Below, one piece after another: positions 10,663 through 19,800 of a stretch of DNA of 64,000 nucleotides. The notes under the pieces are model-generated. The model did not search any database. It had not been told where the DNA came from and saw only the letters and a program-made list of their open reading frames with translations. A program made the translations under genes and the position numbers. The DNA is from Candidatus Shapirobacteria bacterium (GTDB lineage: Bacteria; Patescibacteriota; Microgenomatia; UBA12405), in NCBI GenBank assembly GCA_016188545.1, contig JACPHO010000002.1, positions 13 to 64,012 of the forward strand, read 5' to 3'. How positions within the stretch are numbered: the stretch's first letter is position 1; each line of letters starts with the position of its first letter.

Positions 10663-10763
10663 TCCTCCTTCGCTTTGCTACGGCGGATAAACCCACCTTC
10701 GCGAAGACAACGCTTCGGCGGGTAAATCGGACCAGCCTTCACTCCTTAGGAGTTACGGCTTGG
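10663..10763 (+). repeat. Cluster of three REP-like palindromes (CC(G/A)CCTTCGC...GCT(A/T)CGGCGG family)
   Basis: Copies at 10663-10691, 10692-10726 and 10732-10763; related copies at 47006, 56889 and 60872. Confidence 0.75.
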
Positions 10764-10786
10764 CACAGTAGTAGTTTTAACAATAT

Positions 10787-10873
10787 GGAGAGGTCGGATA
10801 GTGGTTCATTCCACAGACCTGGAAAGTCTGCGCCGTAAAAAGCTCGCGGGTTCGAATCCCGCCCTCTCCGCCA
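10787..10873 (+). tRNA. tRNA-Ser (anticodon GGA)
   Basis: GGAGAGG acceptor, CAGAC-CTGGAAA-GTCTG anticodon arm, long variable arm, GGTTCGAATCC, encoded CCA. Confidence 0.93.
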
Positions 10874-10959
10874 ATTTTCAGTTGTTCCCTACAGTTCCAT
10901 GTAATATAGGGAATGCAGCTCTCCAAACCAATAATTCGTTTGTTCCTGTTTAGCTTTTT

Positions 10960-11053
10960 TACCCGTAGGACGTTTTTTTAGAAATACACGTCTGACTGGT
11001 TAAAATATACCCGTAGGACGTGTATTGACAAATCTACGTCCAACGGGCATAAT
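10960..11053 (+). promoter_or_regulatory. Sigma70 promoter (TTGACA 11025-11030, 17 bp, CATAAT 11048-11053) embedded in two tandem inverted-repeat operators
   Basis: TACCCGTAGGACGT occurs at 10960 and 11008, each followed 14 nt later by a degenerate inverse copy (10988, 11036). Confidence 0.75.
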
Positions 11054-11059
11054 AGTTTT

Positions 11060-12028
11060 ATGAAGGTATTTTTGTCAAACCAGGGAAACTTAAGAAACTT
11101 TAAGAGTTTTACAGAATCCATAGACTTATCTCATCCAGATAAATTGGAAATAACAACTCACGATAAATGGGTAACAGTTCATCCAGCAAATCTGGTTTTG
11201 GCAGCTGCGTTAGCGATGAAAGTTGGCAAGGATAATACAGAAATTACAGGTAAAGTTCCTGAAACCGGACGATATTTAGACAGAATGGGACTTTATGAGT
11301 TAACTAAGACATCTTCGCCGTTTATATATAGGAAAAAGGAAGAGGCGGGAAGGTTTTTGCCGATTAAAGTGATAAAAGACTCTCAGGGTCAATCTCGTTT
11401 TATTACGGACATGGTACCTCTACTACATCTATCCGAAAAAAATGCCACAGTAGTGAAATATATTATTGGAGAGCTAGTTAGAAATGTTCTTGAACATTCT
11501 TTTGCGGATGATGGGGCAATTGTGGCCGCTCAATACTATAAAAAGACCAACCGGGTGAGTATAGGTATTTGTGACACAGGTATAGGTATCTGGAAGAGTA
11601 TGTGGAAATATTGGAGACCAAAAACTGACATTGATGCAATAAAATTAGCTTTGACTCCGGGAATTACTGGTACTACGCGAAGGGAAGGTGGTACATCCGA
11701 AAATGCAGGGGCTGGATTATTTTTTATAAAATCAATTGCAAAAATATCGCGTAACTATTTTGTAGTTTATAGTGGAAGTGCAGAATATACATTATTAAAA
11801 CATGACAAAAGAGTAAAGAATAAACCCAGGCTTTATGCTGATCCGAACCGAGATCCCCACAGTGAAACAAATACCTCTTCTGATTTTCAAGGTACTTTGG
11901 TAGCAGTAGATATTTCATTGGATGAGACTCCGGAATTTAATGATTTGTTAGCAAGTATTGGCGAGGTATACCACCAAGCAATTCGTGAACGTAAAAAAGA
12001 GAAATATAGAAAGCCAAAGTTTATATGA
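11060..12028 (+). CDS. GHKL/HATPase_c ATP-binding protein (anti-sigma kinase-like) with a STAS-like N-terminus
   Basis: ELVRNVLEHS N-box, CDTGIGI G1 and NAGAGLF G2; no His-phosphoacceptor domain seen. Confidence 0.8.
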   Translation: MKVFLSNQGNLRNFKSFTESIDLSHPDKLEITTHDKWVTVHPANLVLAAALAMKVGKDNTEITGKVPETGRYLDRMGLYELTKTSSPFIYRKKEEAGRFLPIKVIKDSQGQSRFITDMVPLLHLSEKNATVVKYIIGELVRNVLEHSFADDGAIVAAQYYKKTNRVSIGICDTGIGIWKSMWKYWRPKTDIDAIKLALTPGITGTTRREGGTSENAGAGLFFIKSIAKISRNYFVVYSGSAEYTLLKHDKRVKNKPRLYADPNRDPHSETNTSSDFQGTLVAVDISLDETPEFNDLLASIGEVYHQAIRERKKEKYRKPKFI

Positions 12029-12336
12029 AAAAAATCATTAAAATACTAAAACAAACCGGTGACTTTGCTGAAAACAAAGATGTGGCAAAGGACTTAAGAT
12101 TGAAAAAAATTATGCCGGCTCTATTAAAGAGTAATGGAGTTATTTTGGACTTCAAGGGTGTTAATGGTGCAACACAATCTTTTATTCACGCCTTAATTAG
12201 TGATCCAATTCGTGAATTAAAAGACAGGGCTTTCGATAATCTGTCTTACAAAAACACAAATGATGCTATTCGTGAGATTATTTCCATTGTTTATCGTTAT
12301 ATGCAGGAAAGTTTAGATGGAAATGACGATAAATAA
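12025..12336 (+). CDS. STAS-like DUF4325 protein
   Basis: VILDFKGVNGATQSFIHAL motif; ATGA overlap with the upstream ATPase. Confidence 0.85.
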   Translation: MKKIIKILKQTGDFAENKDVAKDLRLKKIMPALLKSNGVILDFKGVNGATQSFIHALISDPIRELKDRAFDNLSYKNTNDAIREIISIVYRYMQESLDGNDDK

Positions 12337-12340
12337 AAAA

Positions 12341-12375
12341 ATAGGTTCTAACCGCATCAGTGGTTCACCACCAAT
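12341..12375 (+). repeat. Boundary repeat family 1, short copy
   Basis: ATAGGTTCTAACCGC-ATCAGTGGTTCACCACCAAT aligns to the 17692/18421 repeat with an internal deletion of about 22 nt. Confidence 0.6.
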
Positions 12376-12437
12376 TTAGAAAAGCGAGTAAATCCTGCAA
12401 AAGTCATCGCAATTAGTTTCGAGAGTATAATGTTGAT

Positions 12438-13289
12438 GTGGAATATAAAATAAGACAGGCAACGAGAGAGGAATTGGACATTGCCGTAGGATGGGCTGCA
12501 AAAGAAGGGTGGAATCCGGGACTTGGAGACGCGGAGGTGTTCTGGAAAACAGATCCAGAAGGATTTGTAGCACTGGAAGTGGATGGAGAGATGGTGGGGA
12601 GCGGATCAATTGTGTCATATGGTGGGAAGTTTGGTTTTATGGGATTTTTTATCGTAAAGCCTGAATTCAGAGGTAAAGGTTGGGGGACAAAATTGTGGCA
12701 CTGGAGGCGAGATAAACTGTTGAGTCGATTGAATAAAGGAGCACCAATAGGAATGGATGGAGTTTTTGCTATGCAACCTTTTTATGCCAAAGGCGGCTTT
12801 GTATTGGCTCACCGAGATATGAGAATGGAGGGGGTGGGTAAAATAATGCAATTTAGCGAAAACGTTAAAGCAATTGAGGTTGATGATTTGGATGAAATAA
12901 GCAGCCTTGATGTCAAGTTTTTCGGGTATGAGAGAAGAACCTTTTTGCAAGGCTGGCTATTGATGAATAACAGCCAGGCTTTGAAATATGTTGATGGTGG
13001 GGAGATTAAAGGATATGGAGTAGTAAGAAAATGCCAAACAGGCTATAAGATTGGACCACTATTTGCTGATAATTATGAGGTAGCTGATGAGCTGTTTAGG
13101 GCTATGTCAACTTTTGCTGATGGTGAGCCGATTTATTTGGATGTCCCAGAGATAAATATTGATGGCATGAAACTGGCTAAAAACTACAATATGAAAGAGT
13201 GCTTTGGGTGTGCGCGGATGTATTACAGTCAAGCCCCGGCGTTACCGTACGACAAGATATTTGGGGTAACATCATTTGAGTTGGGCTAG
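12438..13289 (+). CDS. GNAT acetyltransferase with a YitH-like C-terminal domain
   Basis: EGWNPG, FIVKPEFRGKGWG and YKIGPLFAD motifs. Confidence 0.9.
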   Translation: MEYKIRQATREELDIAVGWAAKEGWNPGLGDAEVFWKTDPEGFVALEVDGEMVGSGSIVSYGGKFGFMGFFIVKPEFRGKGWGTKLWHWRRDKLLSRLNKGAPIGMDGVFAMQPFYAKGGFVLAHRDMRMEGVGKIMQFSENVKAIEVDDLDEISSLDVKFFGYERRTFLQGWLLMNNSQALKYVDGGEIKGYGVVRKCQTGYKIGPLFADNYEVADELFRAMSTFADGEPIYLDVPEINIDGMKLAKNYNMKECFGCARMYYSQAPALPYDKIFGVTSFELG

Positions 13290-13293
13290 ATCA

Positions 13294-13329
13294 AAGAATG
13301 CCCAAAAAGTAAACCTCAAATCGGATCAG
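13294..13329 (+). repeat. Boundary repeat family 2, copy 1
   Basis: AAGAATGCCCAAAAAGTAAACCTCAAATCGGATCAG is similar to AAGAACACCCAGAAAGTAAACCTCTAGTCAGACAG at 19623. Confidence 0.6.
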
Positions 13330-13338
13330 TTCAGAAAA

Positions 13339-15570
13339 CTATAAATATTTTCCTGTCCACGATCTATCGCATTTTTTAATATCTTGGACTGTCCCCTGTG
13401 CCACTATCTCTCCGCCTTTGTCGCCACCTTCTAGCCCCATATCAATTATCCAATCGGCTTTTTTAATTACCTCTAAATTGTGCTCGATAACAAGTACAGT
13501 ATTGCCACTATCCACCAGTTTGTTTAACAATCTCATTAATTTCTCGACATCGGCAAAATGAAGGCCTGAGGTTGGTTCGTCCAAAATATAAAATTCACCT
13601 TTGTTTTGGAGTCGACTAGCCAACTTTAGTCTCTGACCTTCCCCTCCTGACAAAGTGTCCAGAGTCTGACCAAGTTCCAGATAATCTAGGCCAACATCTA
13701 GAAGCATTTTTAGGCCATCATTTATCGACTTTTGATTAAATAAATCACATGCTTCTATGGCGGTTATATCTAATATTTGGTCAATACTTTTGCTTTCAAA
13801 TTTATAATTCAAGACTTCTGGTTTATACCTTTTGCCATTACATTTATCGCACTTCATTTTGACATCTCCCAAAAAGTTCATATCCATTTCGATGAACCCC
13901 AAACCCTTACACTTGGGGCAACAGCCAGACTTGCTATTGAAACTAAATAGTGATGGGTTAACCTTGTTCTCACGGGCAAACAAATTCCTGACCTCATCAA
14001 ATATTCCCACATACGTAGCAATACATCCCCGCCGATTGTTGCCGATACTATTTTGGCCGACTAAGACTACTTTGTCTTGATGTTGAGCGACAATTTCCTC
14101 GACCAGAGAACTCTTGCCGGCACCTGACACACCAGTCAGGGCCACTAACAATCCTTTTGGGATGTCGACACTTATATTCTTTAAATTATTTCTATTGGTG
14201 GATTCGATTTTTAATAAGCCAGTGGGCTTTCTTGATTGTCTTATTGAGGTTTCTCCATTTGTCTGTCGATTCAAATACTTTGCTGTCAGCGACTTGTCAC
14301 TTTTTAACATTTCATCTTTTGTTCCGGCAAACACTATCTCTCCACCTTTCTGGCCACCACCGGGGCCAACCTCAACAATGTAGTCCGCCGCTCGGATTAC
14401 ACTTTCATCATGTTCGACAACTAAAACGCTATTGCCACTATCTCTCAATCTTTTTAAGTTGCCAACCACAAGTTCTAAATCTCTGGGGTGTAATCCAACT
14501 GTGGGCTCGTCCATGACATAAATCGTCTCTATCAAGTCACAGCCTAATTGTCGGGCTAATTTGACTCGCTGGGCTTCCCCTCCTGACAGAGTGTTGGTTG
14601 AGCGGTTGAGCGACAAATAACCGATACCAGCGTCGACTAAAAACTTTAGTTGTTCTAGTAATCTTGGCTTAATCACAATAGCATTTCGGTGGTCAATGCC
14701 TTTAATAAAATCCAAAGCTTCAGTTATGGGCATATTGGCTACTTGGCCAATATTTTTATTATTTATCAACACGGCTAGCGAATCTTTTTTGAGTCTCCAC
14801 CCCTGACACATCGGACAATCAACATAATTAAAATATTTCATTTCCTCTTCATTAACATGGCGACTAACGCTTGAACCGCGATTATTTAGATGAGTCACTA
14901 TTCCTTGATACATGGGCATGACTACCCCGTCATCATTATTGTTGGCTCTCTGCTTGGGGGCGGACATTAGCTTCTCAAATTCTTCGGGAGTATAGTCTCT
15001 GACCTTTTTATCCATGTCGAAAAAACCGGTCGACTTGATGATCTTCCAATACATCGATTTTACCCGCCAATTACTATACAAAATTGCCCCTTCATTAAGA
15101 CTTTTATTCACATCTATCAGCTTACTGGTATCTATGTCCATGGCTCTACCCAAACCCTTGCACTTGGGACAGGCACCAAGAGGATGGTTGAAAGAATAAT
15201 AGGACGAGTCAAATATCGGCCGACCAGCACGAGAATAGAGAAGACGAAGATAAGTGTAGGTTTCGGTAATGGTACCAACTGTTGACCGCTGGCTTTGATG
15301 CATTCTGTCTTGACTGATAATCACAGTTGATGAGATACCTTTTAAATCTTGCACGTCAGGACGGTTACTTTTTTGAAGATAGCGACGGGCCTGACTACTT
15401 AAACTTTCAAAGTACTGGCGCTGACCCTCGCGGGCAATGACATCAAAAGCAATGGTGGACTTACCACTCCCAGACACGCCAACAAAACAGACAACTTTGT
15501 TGCGTGGTATGGCTAAATCTATATTCTTAAGATTATTCTCTTTGGCGCCTTTGATGACGATGTTATCCAT
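13339..15570 (-). CDS. UvrA-like class II protein (DrrC/UvrA2 type)
   Basis: Two ABC NBDs, CxxC zinc fingers and LSGGEAQR/LSGGEGQR; at 743 aa it lacks the UvrB-binding insertion. Confidence 0.88.
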   Translation of the reverse strand: MDNIVIKGAKENNLKNIDLAIPRNKVVCFVGVSGSGKSTIAFDVIAREGQRQYFESLSSQARRYLQKSNRPDVQDLKGISSTVIISQDRMHQSQRSTVGTITETYTYLRLLYSRAGRPIFDSSYYSFNHPLGACPKCKGLGRAMDIDTSKLIDVNKSLNEGAILYSNWRVKSMYWKIIKSTGFFDMDKKVRDYTPEEFEKLMSAPKQRANNNDDGVVMPMYQGIVTHLNNRGSSVSRHVNEEEMKYFNYVDCPMCQGWRLKKDSLAVLINNKNIGQVANMPITEALDFIKGIDHRNAIVIKPRLLEQLKFLVDAGIGYLSLNRSTNTLSGGEAQRVKLARQLGCDLIETIYVMDEPTVGLHPRDLELVVGNLKRLRDSGNSVLVVEHDESVIRAADYIVEVGPGGGQKGGEIVFAGTKDEMLKSDKSLTAKYLNRQTNGETSIRQSRKPTGLLKIESTNRNNLKNISVDIPKGLLVALTGVSGAGKSSLVEEIVAQHQDKVVLVGQNSIGNNRRGCIATYVGIFDEVRNLFARENKVNPSLFSFNSKSGCCPKCKGLGFIEMDMNFLGDVKMKCDKCNGKRYKPEVLNYKFESKSIDQILDITAIEACDLFNQKSINDGLKMLLDVGLDYLELGQTLDTLSGGEGQRLKLASRLQNKGEFYILDEPTSGLHFADVEKLMRLLNKLVDSGNTVLVIEHNLEVIKKADWIIDMGLEGGDKGGEIVAQGTVQDIKKCDRSWTGKYL

Positions 15571-15579
15571 AGGTGTGAT

Positions 15580-15610
15580 ATAATAACCTATTACGTTACG
15601 TTATAGTCAA
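15580..15610 (-). promoter_or_regulatory. MerR-type promoter for the uvrA-like gene
   Basis: TTGACT, 19-bp spacer, TATTAT, with the dyad CTATAACGT-A-ACGTAATAG overlapping the spacer; a divergent merR gene is adjacent. Confidence 0.85.
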
Positions 15611-15614
15611 TAAG

Positions 15615-16400
15615 ATGAATAACTACATCACTGCAGGAGAATTAGCCAAGCTCGCTGGCACCACCAAAAGAACTATTCTCTGGTATGACCAACTAGGAAT
15701 CCTTATGCCAGTAGAAGTGTCAACTGAGGGTTATCGTTACTACTCCGAGGCTCAGGTTTTGGAATATCAAATGATCCTTTTATTGACCACACTGGGAGTT
15801 ACCCTAAAGGAGATAAAAGATAAAAATGATTTGAGAAGTTTGTTTGAGGAGAAAAAAGCATCAATTAAATCTCAGATTGATAATCTTCAATTTGGGCTTA
15901 AGAACTTAGAAAAATTTATGCACAACCTCGACCAAAACAAAACTTTAATAAAGCCGGAAATTAAAGTATTAAAGCCGTTTGATGTTTATTATATTGAGAA
16001 GATAGGTTCTTACGTTGGCATTGGAAAGTACTGCCAAGAATTGGCGGGGATGTTTATCAACAAAGGTAAAGAATTTATCACCTTGGCTATCTTCGAGAAT
16101 CCTACATATCAACCCAAGAAGTCGTTGATAAAAATCTCTGTCATGGCTCGATCTGATATGGTTATTGATCCTAAATTTAAAGACTCAATTAAAAAGATTG
16201 AGTACAATCCCGGCAAAGTAATCACTTATACCCATAACGGAGCCGGGGAGCTGTTGTCTTTATTTTGGAAGGAACTCGAGAAATACTGTCGATTGAACAA
16301 AATAGAAGTTCGACATGAGTTACCGGATTTTGAAATATATCGGAAAGTTAATAGTGACCCACGAAAGCAATTCTTTGAAATCTATTTGCCGATTAAATAG
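15615..16400 (+). CDS. MerR family regulator with a GyrI-like effector domain (BmrR-like)
   Basis: ITAGELAKLAGTTKRTILWYDQLGIL..GYRYY HTH; C-terminal EIYLPI. Confidence 0.9.
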   Translation: MNNYITAGELAKLAGTTKRTILWYDQLGILMPVEVSTEGYRYYSEAQVLEYQMILLLTTLGVTLKEIKDKNDLRSLFEEKKASIKSQIDNLQFGLKNLEKFMHNLDQNKTLIKPEIKVLKPFDVYYIEKIGSYVGIGKYCQELAGMFINKGKEFITLAIFENPTYQPKKSLIKISVMARSDMVIDPKFKDSIKKIEYNPGKVITYTHNGAGELLSLFWKELEKYCRLNKIEVRHELPDFEIYRKVNSDPRKQFFEIYLPIK

Positions 16401-16402
16401 GA

Positions 16403-17689
16403 TTGGCATTGATGGTATATTTTGCCTGCTTTCTGATACAATTTGTTGTGATTTTGGGCAAACATGATCCTGTAAAAGTTTATTCGGCAATTCGATTTGC
16501 CTCGGCATTATTATTCTCGGTAATAGTTACTGTCAACTTGGTGTATCAAGCGACAGTAGTAGGATTAAATCCCCTACAACTGGTATTGGTAGGTACAGTG
16601 TTGGAAACCGTATCGTTTTTGTTTGAAGTGCCAACTGGGATTGTGGCTGACGTTTATAGTAGAAAGTTATCGGTGATTATTGGATTGTTATTGATTGGTT
16701 TGGGGTTTACTGTTGAGGGCCTGTTTCCATCATTTGCAGCCATCCTGGTTGCCCAAGTGATTTGGGGAATTGGGTTTACATTTGTATCAGGTGCACGAGA
16801 AGCATGGATTGCTGACGAGATAGGAGAAGATAAGGCAGGGAAAGCATTTTCAAAAGGTTCTCAGATGAGCCTGGTTGGGTCATTTATTGGAATAGCTATT
16901 AGTATGGCCTTAGCCAACATCAATATTCGACTGCCAATAATTCTTGGTGGGGTGCTTTATAGTTGCCAGTCAATATATTTGTGGCTATTTATGCCTGAGA
17001 ACAACTTTCACCCGACACCAATTGGGAAACGAGAGACTTTTGGAGTAATGAAAGAAACCCTAACTAATGGAATAAAACTAATAAAAGCTAGCCCTGTCTT
17101 ATTAACAATAATCTTAGCTGGTTTAATTTTTGGAATATTCTCAGAAGGGTTTGATAGATTGTGGACACCGTTTATGATTAATAATTTTTCATTTCCGGAG
17201 ATTTGGAATTTGAAACCGGTGATTTGGTTTGGAATTTTGGCAATGATTGCCAACGCCTTGGCAATAGTAGCGGTGAGACTTGCGGAGAAGAAAACAGACA
17301 CCAATAACCACAAGTCGACGGTAACAACTTTGTTAATTGTTAATGGAATTTTGGCGATAGTGGTAATGATCTTTGGTCTATCGGGGAATTTTGTGATGGC
17401 GGCAGTGGCTTATTGGATGGTGTCGATGTTTAGAGAAGCGCGAGGTCCAATCTATGATGCATGGACAAATCAGAATCTAGAACCAAAAGTTAGGGCGACT
17501 GTTTTCTCGATGTGCAGTCAGGCCAATGCTGTAGGACAGATTGTTGGCGGGCCCCTGTTGGGATTTATCGCAACCGCCGTATCACTGAGATTTAGTTTTG
17601 TTTTGGCTGGAATGTTTTTGATTCCATCGTTACTTCTGTATACAAATTCCATTAAAAATCACAAAATGGTTGAACCAGTGATTGTATAA
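16403..17689 (+). CDS. MFS efflux transporter (TetA(P)-like); start uncertain
   Basis: LNPLQLVLVGTVLE, FEVPTGIVADVYSRK and SEGFDRLW motifs; about 12 TM. Confidence 0.88.
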   Translation: MALMVYFACFLIQFVVILGKHDPVKVYSAIRFASALLFSVIVTVNLVYQATVVGLNPLQLVLVGTVLETVSFLFEVPTGIVADVYSRKLSVIIGLLLIGLGFTVEGLFPSFAAILVAQVIWGIGFTFVSGAREAWIADEIGEDKAGKAFSKGSQMSLVGSFIGIAISMALANINIRLPIILGGVLYSCQSIYLWLFMPENNFHPTPIGKRETFGVMKETLTNGIKLIKASPVLLTIILAGLIFGIFSEGFDRLWTPFMINNFSFPEIWNLKPVIWFGILAMIANALAIVAVRLAEKKTDTNNHKSTVTTLLIVNGILAIVVMIFGLSGNFVMAAVAYWMVSMFREARGPIYDAWTNQNLEPKVRATVFSMCSQANAVGQIVGGPLLGFIATAVSLRFSFVLAGMFLIPSLLLYTNSIKNHKMVEPVIV

Positions 17690-17691
17690 AA

Positions 17692-17758
17692 TAGGTTCTG
17701 GCTGCGCACTTCGACAAGCCAACATAAATCAATGGTTCGCCGCTCAATATTGTGACAA
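17692..17758 (+). repeat. Boundary repeat family 1, 67-bp copy
   Basis: Identical to 18421-18487 except for 2 adjacent positions. Confidence 0.9.
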
Positions 17759-17773
17759 GGTATAATTAGCCAG

Positions 17774-18430
17774 ATGCAAACGGTTAAGTTTGAAATTAAT
17801 CCGGAAAAAGAATACGAATATCACCAGCTTTTTTGTAACACCCGTGGTTTTGAAGGTATGTCCATTTTTTCTTTTACTCCAATCAAAAATAAAACTAAAA
17901 TCACAAAGAAGATTATTGATTTCTGGGATGATGACGATAAAGAACTAACCAAGAAAATTGAAAGCGAATGGAAGTTAATAGAGAAAGGTTGTTTTAAGCT
18001 GTTTGAAGATATTACCGAAACTTCTTGGCTGTATAAAACCTACCATGCCTACTTTTTGGCTTTTAGTCCAATAATTGGTTTTAGTAATCCATTTAATTTA
18101 AGGAGTCAGGAAATAGCATTAACCACTGGGGCAATTATTAACCCCAAGTTTTTAATAGGACATGAGTTATTTCACAGCCACTATTACTACGTGGTCGACA
18201 AAATGAAGATGACGGCGAGATTAAACAGAACTATTTTTACCGAAGGAGTAGCCGCATTGGCATTATTTGAGACAAAAGCCAAGAATTTATTTCCAGAGAC
18301 AGACACAGAAAGTAGTATAAGTTCATATCCGGAAGTACGGGCTAATTGGTCGATATTTTTAGATTATTGGCGCAAAAGACTTAGTTTTGAAGATTTTTTA
18401 ATGAAGATTGCTCAAGATAGTAGGTTCTAA
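17774..18430 (+). CDS. Hypothetical protein with a zincin-like HExxH motif
   Basis: GHELFHSH with a downstream TEGVA glutamate; TATAAT lies 7 nt before the ATG. Confidence 0.7.
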   Translation: MQTVKFEINPEKEYEYHQLFCNTRGFEGMSIFSFTPIKNKTKITKKIIDFWDDDDKELTKKIESEWKLIEKGCFKLFEDITETSWLYKTYHAYFLAFSPIIGFSNPFNLRSQEIALTTGAIINPKFLIGHELFHSHYYYVVDKMKMTARLNRTIFTEGVAALALFETKAKNLFPETDTESSISSYPEVRANWSIFLDYWRKRLSFEDFLMKIAQDSRF

Positions 18431-18487
18431 CTGCGCACTTCGACAAGCCAACATAAATCAATGGTTCGCCGCTCAATATTGTGACAA
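18421..18487 (+). repeat. Boundary repeat family 1, 67-bp copy overlapping the stop codon of 17774-18430
   Basis: TAGGTTCTAACTGCGCACTTCGACAAGCCAACATAAATCAATGGTTCGCCGCTCAATATTGTGACAA. Confidence 0.9.
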
Positions 18488-18514
18488 TAGAAAGTTGTCG
18501 TATAATTTGCCTTA

Positions 18515-19234
18515 TCAAAGGTGAAAATAAATGGTATCAAAAAACATAACGCATTGCGTGATAATTAGACGATATGATTCAAAACTCATCTGGGGTAATC
18601 CTGTCGCCCTAATTGCCTTTCTGAATCCTGCAGATATGAGTCTTTGTTTCTCGTCCTCGGTAAAGTGCTGATCTGAATGATCGGCCTTATTTCTCAAGAT
18701 GCTTAAGCCATCTTTAAAAAAATTTCTACTATCGGTTTTGAATTTACTTTTTAGTCCTGGGGTATTATTAAGTACGGTGTCTAAGTAGTCGTTAAACGTT
18801 ATGTGATTTGCCCCTAATTTTAATATTTTATTAATCTCCTTTTTGAAGATCACTGCGTCAGGTAATTTTTGGGATATCTCCCCAACAACTATTTCCGCTT
18901 TATTCTTGGTGTTTATAACAGGAAAATGTTTTTTCTTAATGATTTCTCTTAGTTCGCATTCAACTGAAATCTGTATCTCATTTAAAAAAACTTTGTGCAT
19001 AACCACTTGTAGATCTTGAAACACATCTTCGTTAGCTGGTATTAGATATGAGTGTTTCCCGTCAAGATATAGACAGGTGGTGGCCATCATTATGGTTGAG
19101 ATATTAATGGCGGTAAGTAGTTCGGGGTAGACCGGGTTTTTCTTTTCGATAACCCATGACAATTTTTGCAGATCTGAAATTTCCGACTTAAGTTTGAGAT
19201 TATAACTGGCTAAATCTGCTTTAGTAAAATTCAT
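18515..19234 (-). CDS. Hypothetical alpha-helical protein, possible HEPN RNase
   Basis: C-terminal LRNKADH fits the RX4H HEPN motif; an upstream helix carries E (ISVECEL). Confidence 0.55.
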   Translation of the reverse strand: MNFTKADLASYNLKLKSEISDLQKLSWVIEKKNPVYPELLTAINISTIMMATTCLYLDGKHSYLIPANEDVFQDLQVVMHKVFLNEIQISVECELREIIKKKHFPVINTKNKAEIVVGEISQKLPDAVIFKKEINKILKLGANHITFNDYLDTVLNNTPGLKSKFKTDSRNFFKDGLSILRNKADHSDQHFTEDEKQRLISAGFRKAIRATGLPQMSFESYRLIITQCVMFFDTIYFHL

Positions 19235-19464
19235 TTTGTATCGTTTGCTTGTGCTTATAACCTGGACTGCTTACTGTTGATTATAGCTACATACTTCCAC
19301 TCATCAAAAGCTTTTCTTTTGGATTACTATTAATTGGACACTATTATGCGGAGCGGTTATGTCACTTGTACAAAAGATATTGGGAAAGTAATTTTCTCTC
19401 GTCACAAAACAGACTCCAACTTTATCAATTGTTTGCCGTCAATAGTGTAGCGATATAATTAATA

Positions 19465-19624
19465 ATGGGCAAAATCAATAAAGACTGGTATGAGGCAAAC
19501 AAAATGCCAAAAAATCCAACTCAGGAGCAGAGAACGAAGTGGCACATGGAACACATCGAACACTGCCAATGCTACCCAGTGTCAGCAAAAACTACAAAAA
19601 GAGCTGGATGAATTCAAAAAATAA
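19465..19624 (+). pseudogene. Small His/Cys protein (MGKINKDWYEANKMPKNPTQEQRTKWHMEHIEHCQCYP...), possibly frameshifted at an A run near 19587-19591
   Basis: Leaderless TATAAT upstream; an alternative frame gives LQKELDEFKK* ending at 19624, where boundary repeat 2 begins. Confidence 0.5.
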
Positions 19625-19657
19625 GAACACCCAGAAAGTAAACCTCTAGTCAGACAG
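19623..19657 (+). repeat. Boundary repeat family 2, copy 2
   Basis: Similar to 13294-13329. Confidence 0.6.
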
Positions 19658-19800
19658 TGGTCTAAAAAGAGCCCATGGTTTCTACAGTAAGTATGGATTT
19701 GAAACTAAGGCTCAAAGATTTGTAAAAAAGATTAGTCAGTAACTAATTTTTATAGTTGAGAAACACAAAGAAATATTGGGTATGATGCTAGAATTTCATA

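Noticed and set aside
17692..18487. Boundary repeats as integron attC sites or Xer dif sites
   Set aside because: There is no GTTRRRY partner or extended palindrome for attC. The dif-like half-sites (TGCGCA, AACATAA) are in the wrong order and not inverted around a 6-bp spacer.
10874..19700. Intact prophage or integrative element at tRNA-Ser
   Set aside because: No integrase, phage structural genes or duplicated tRNA 3' end were seen in the window.
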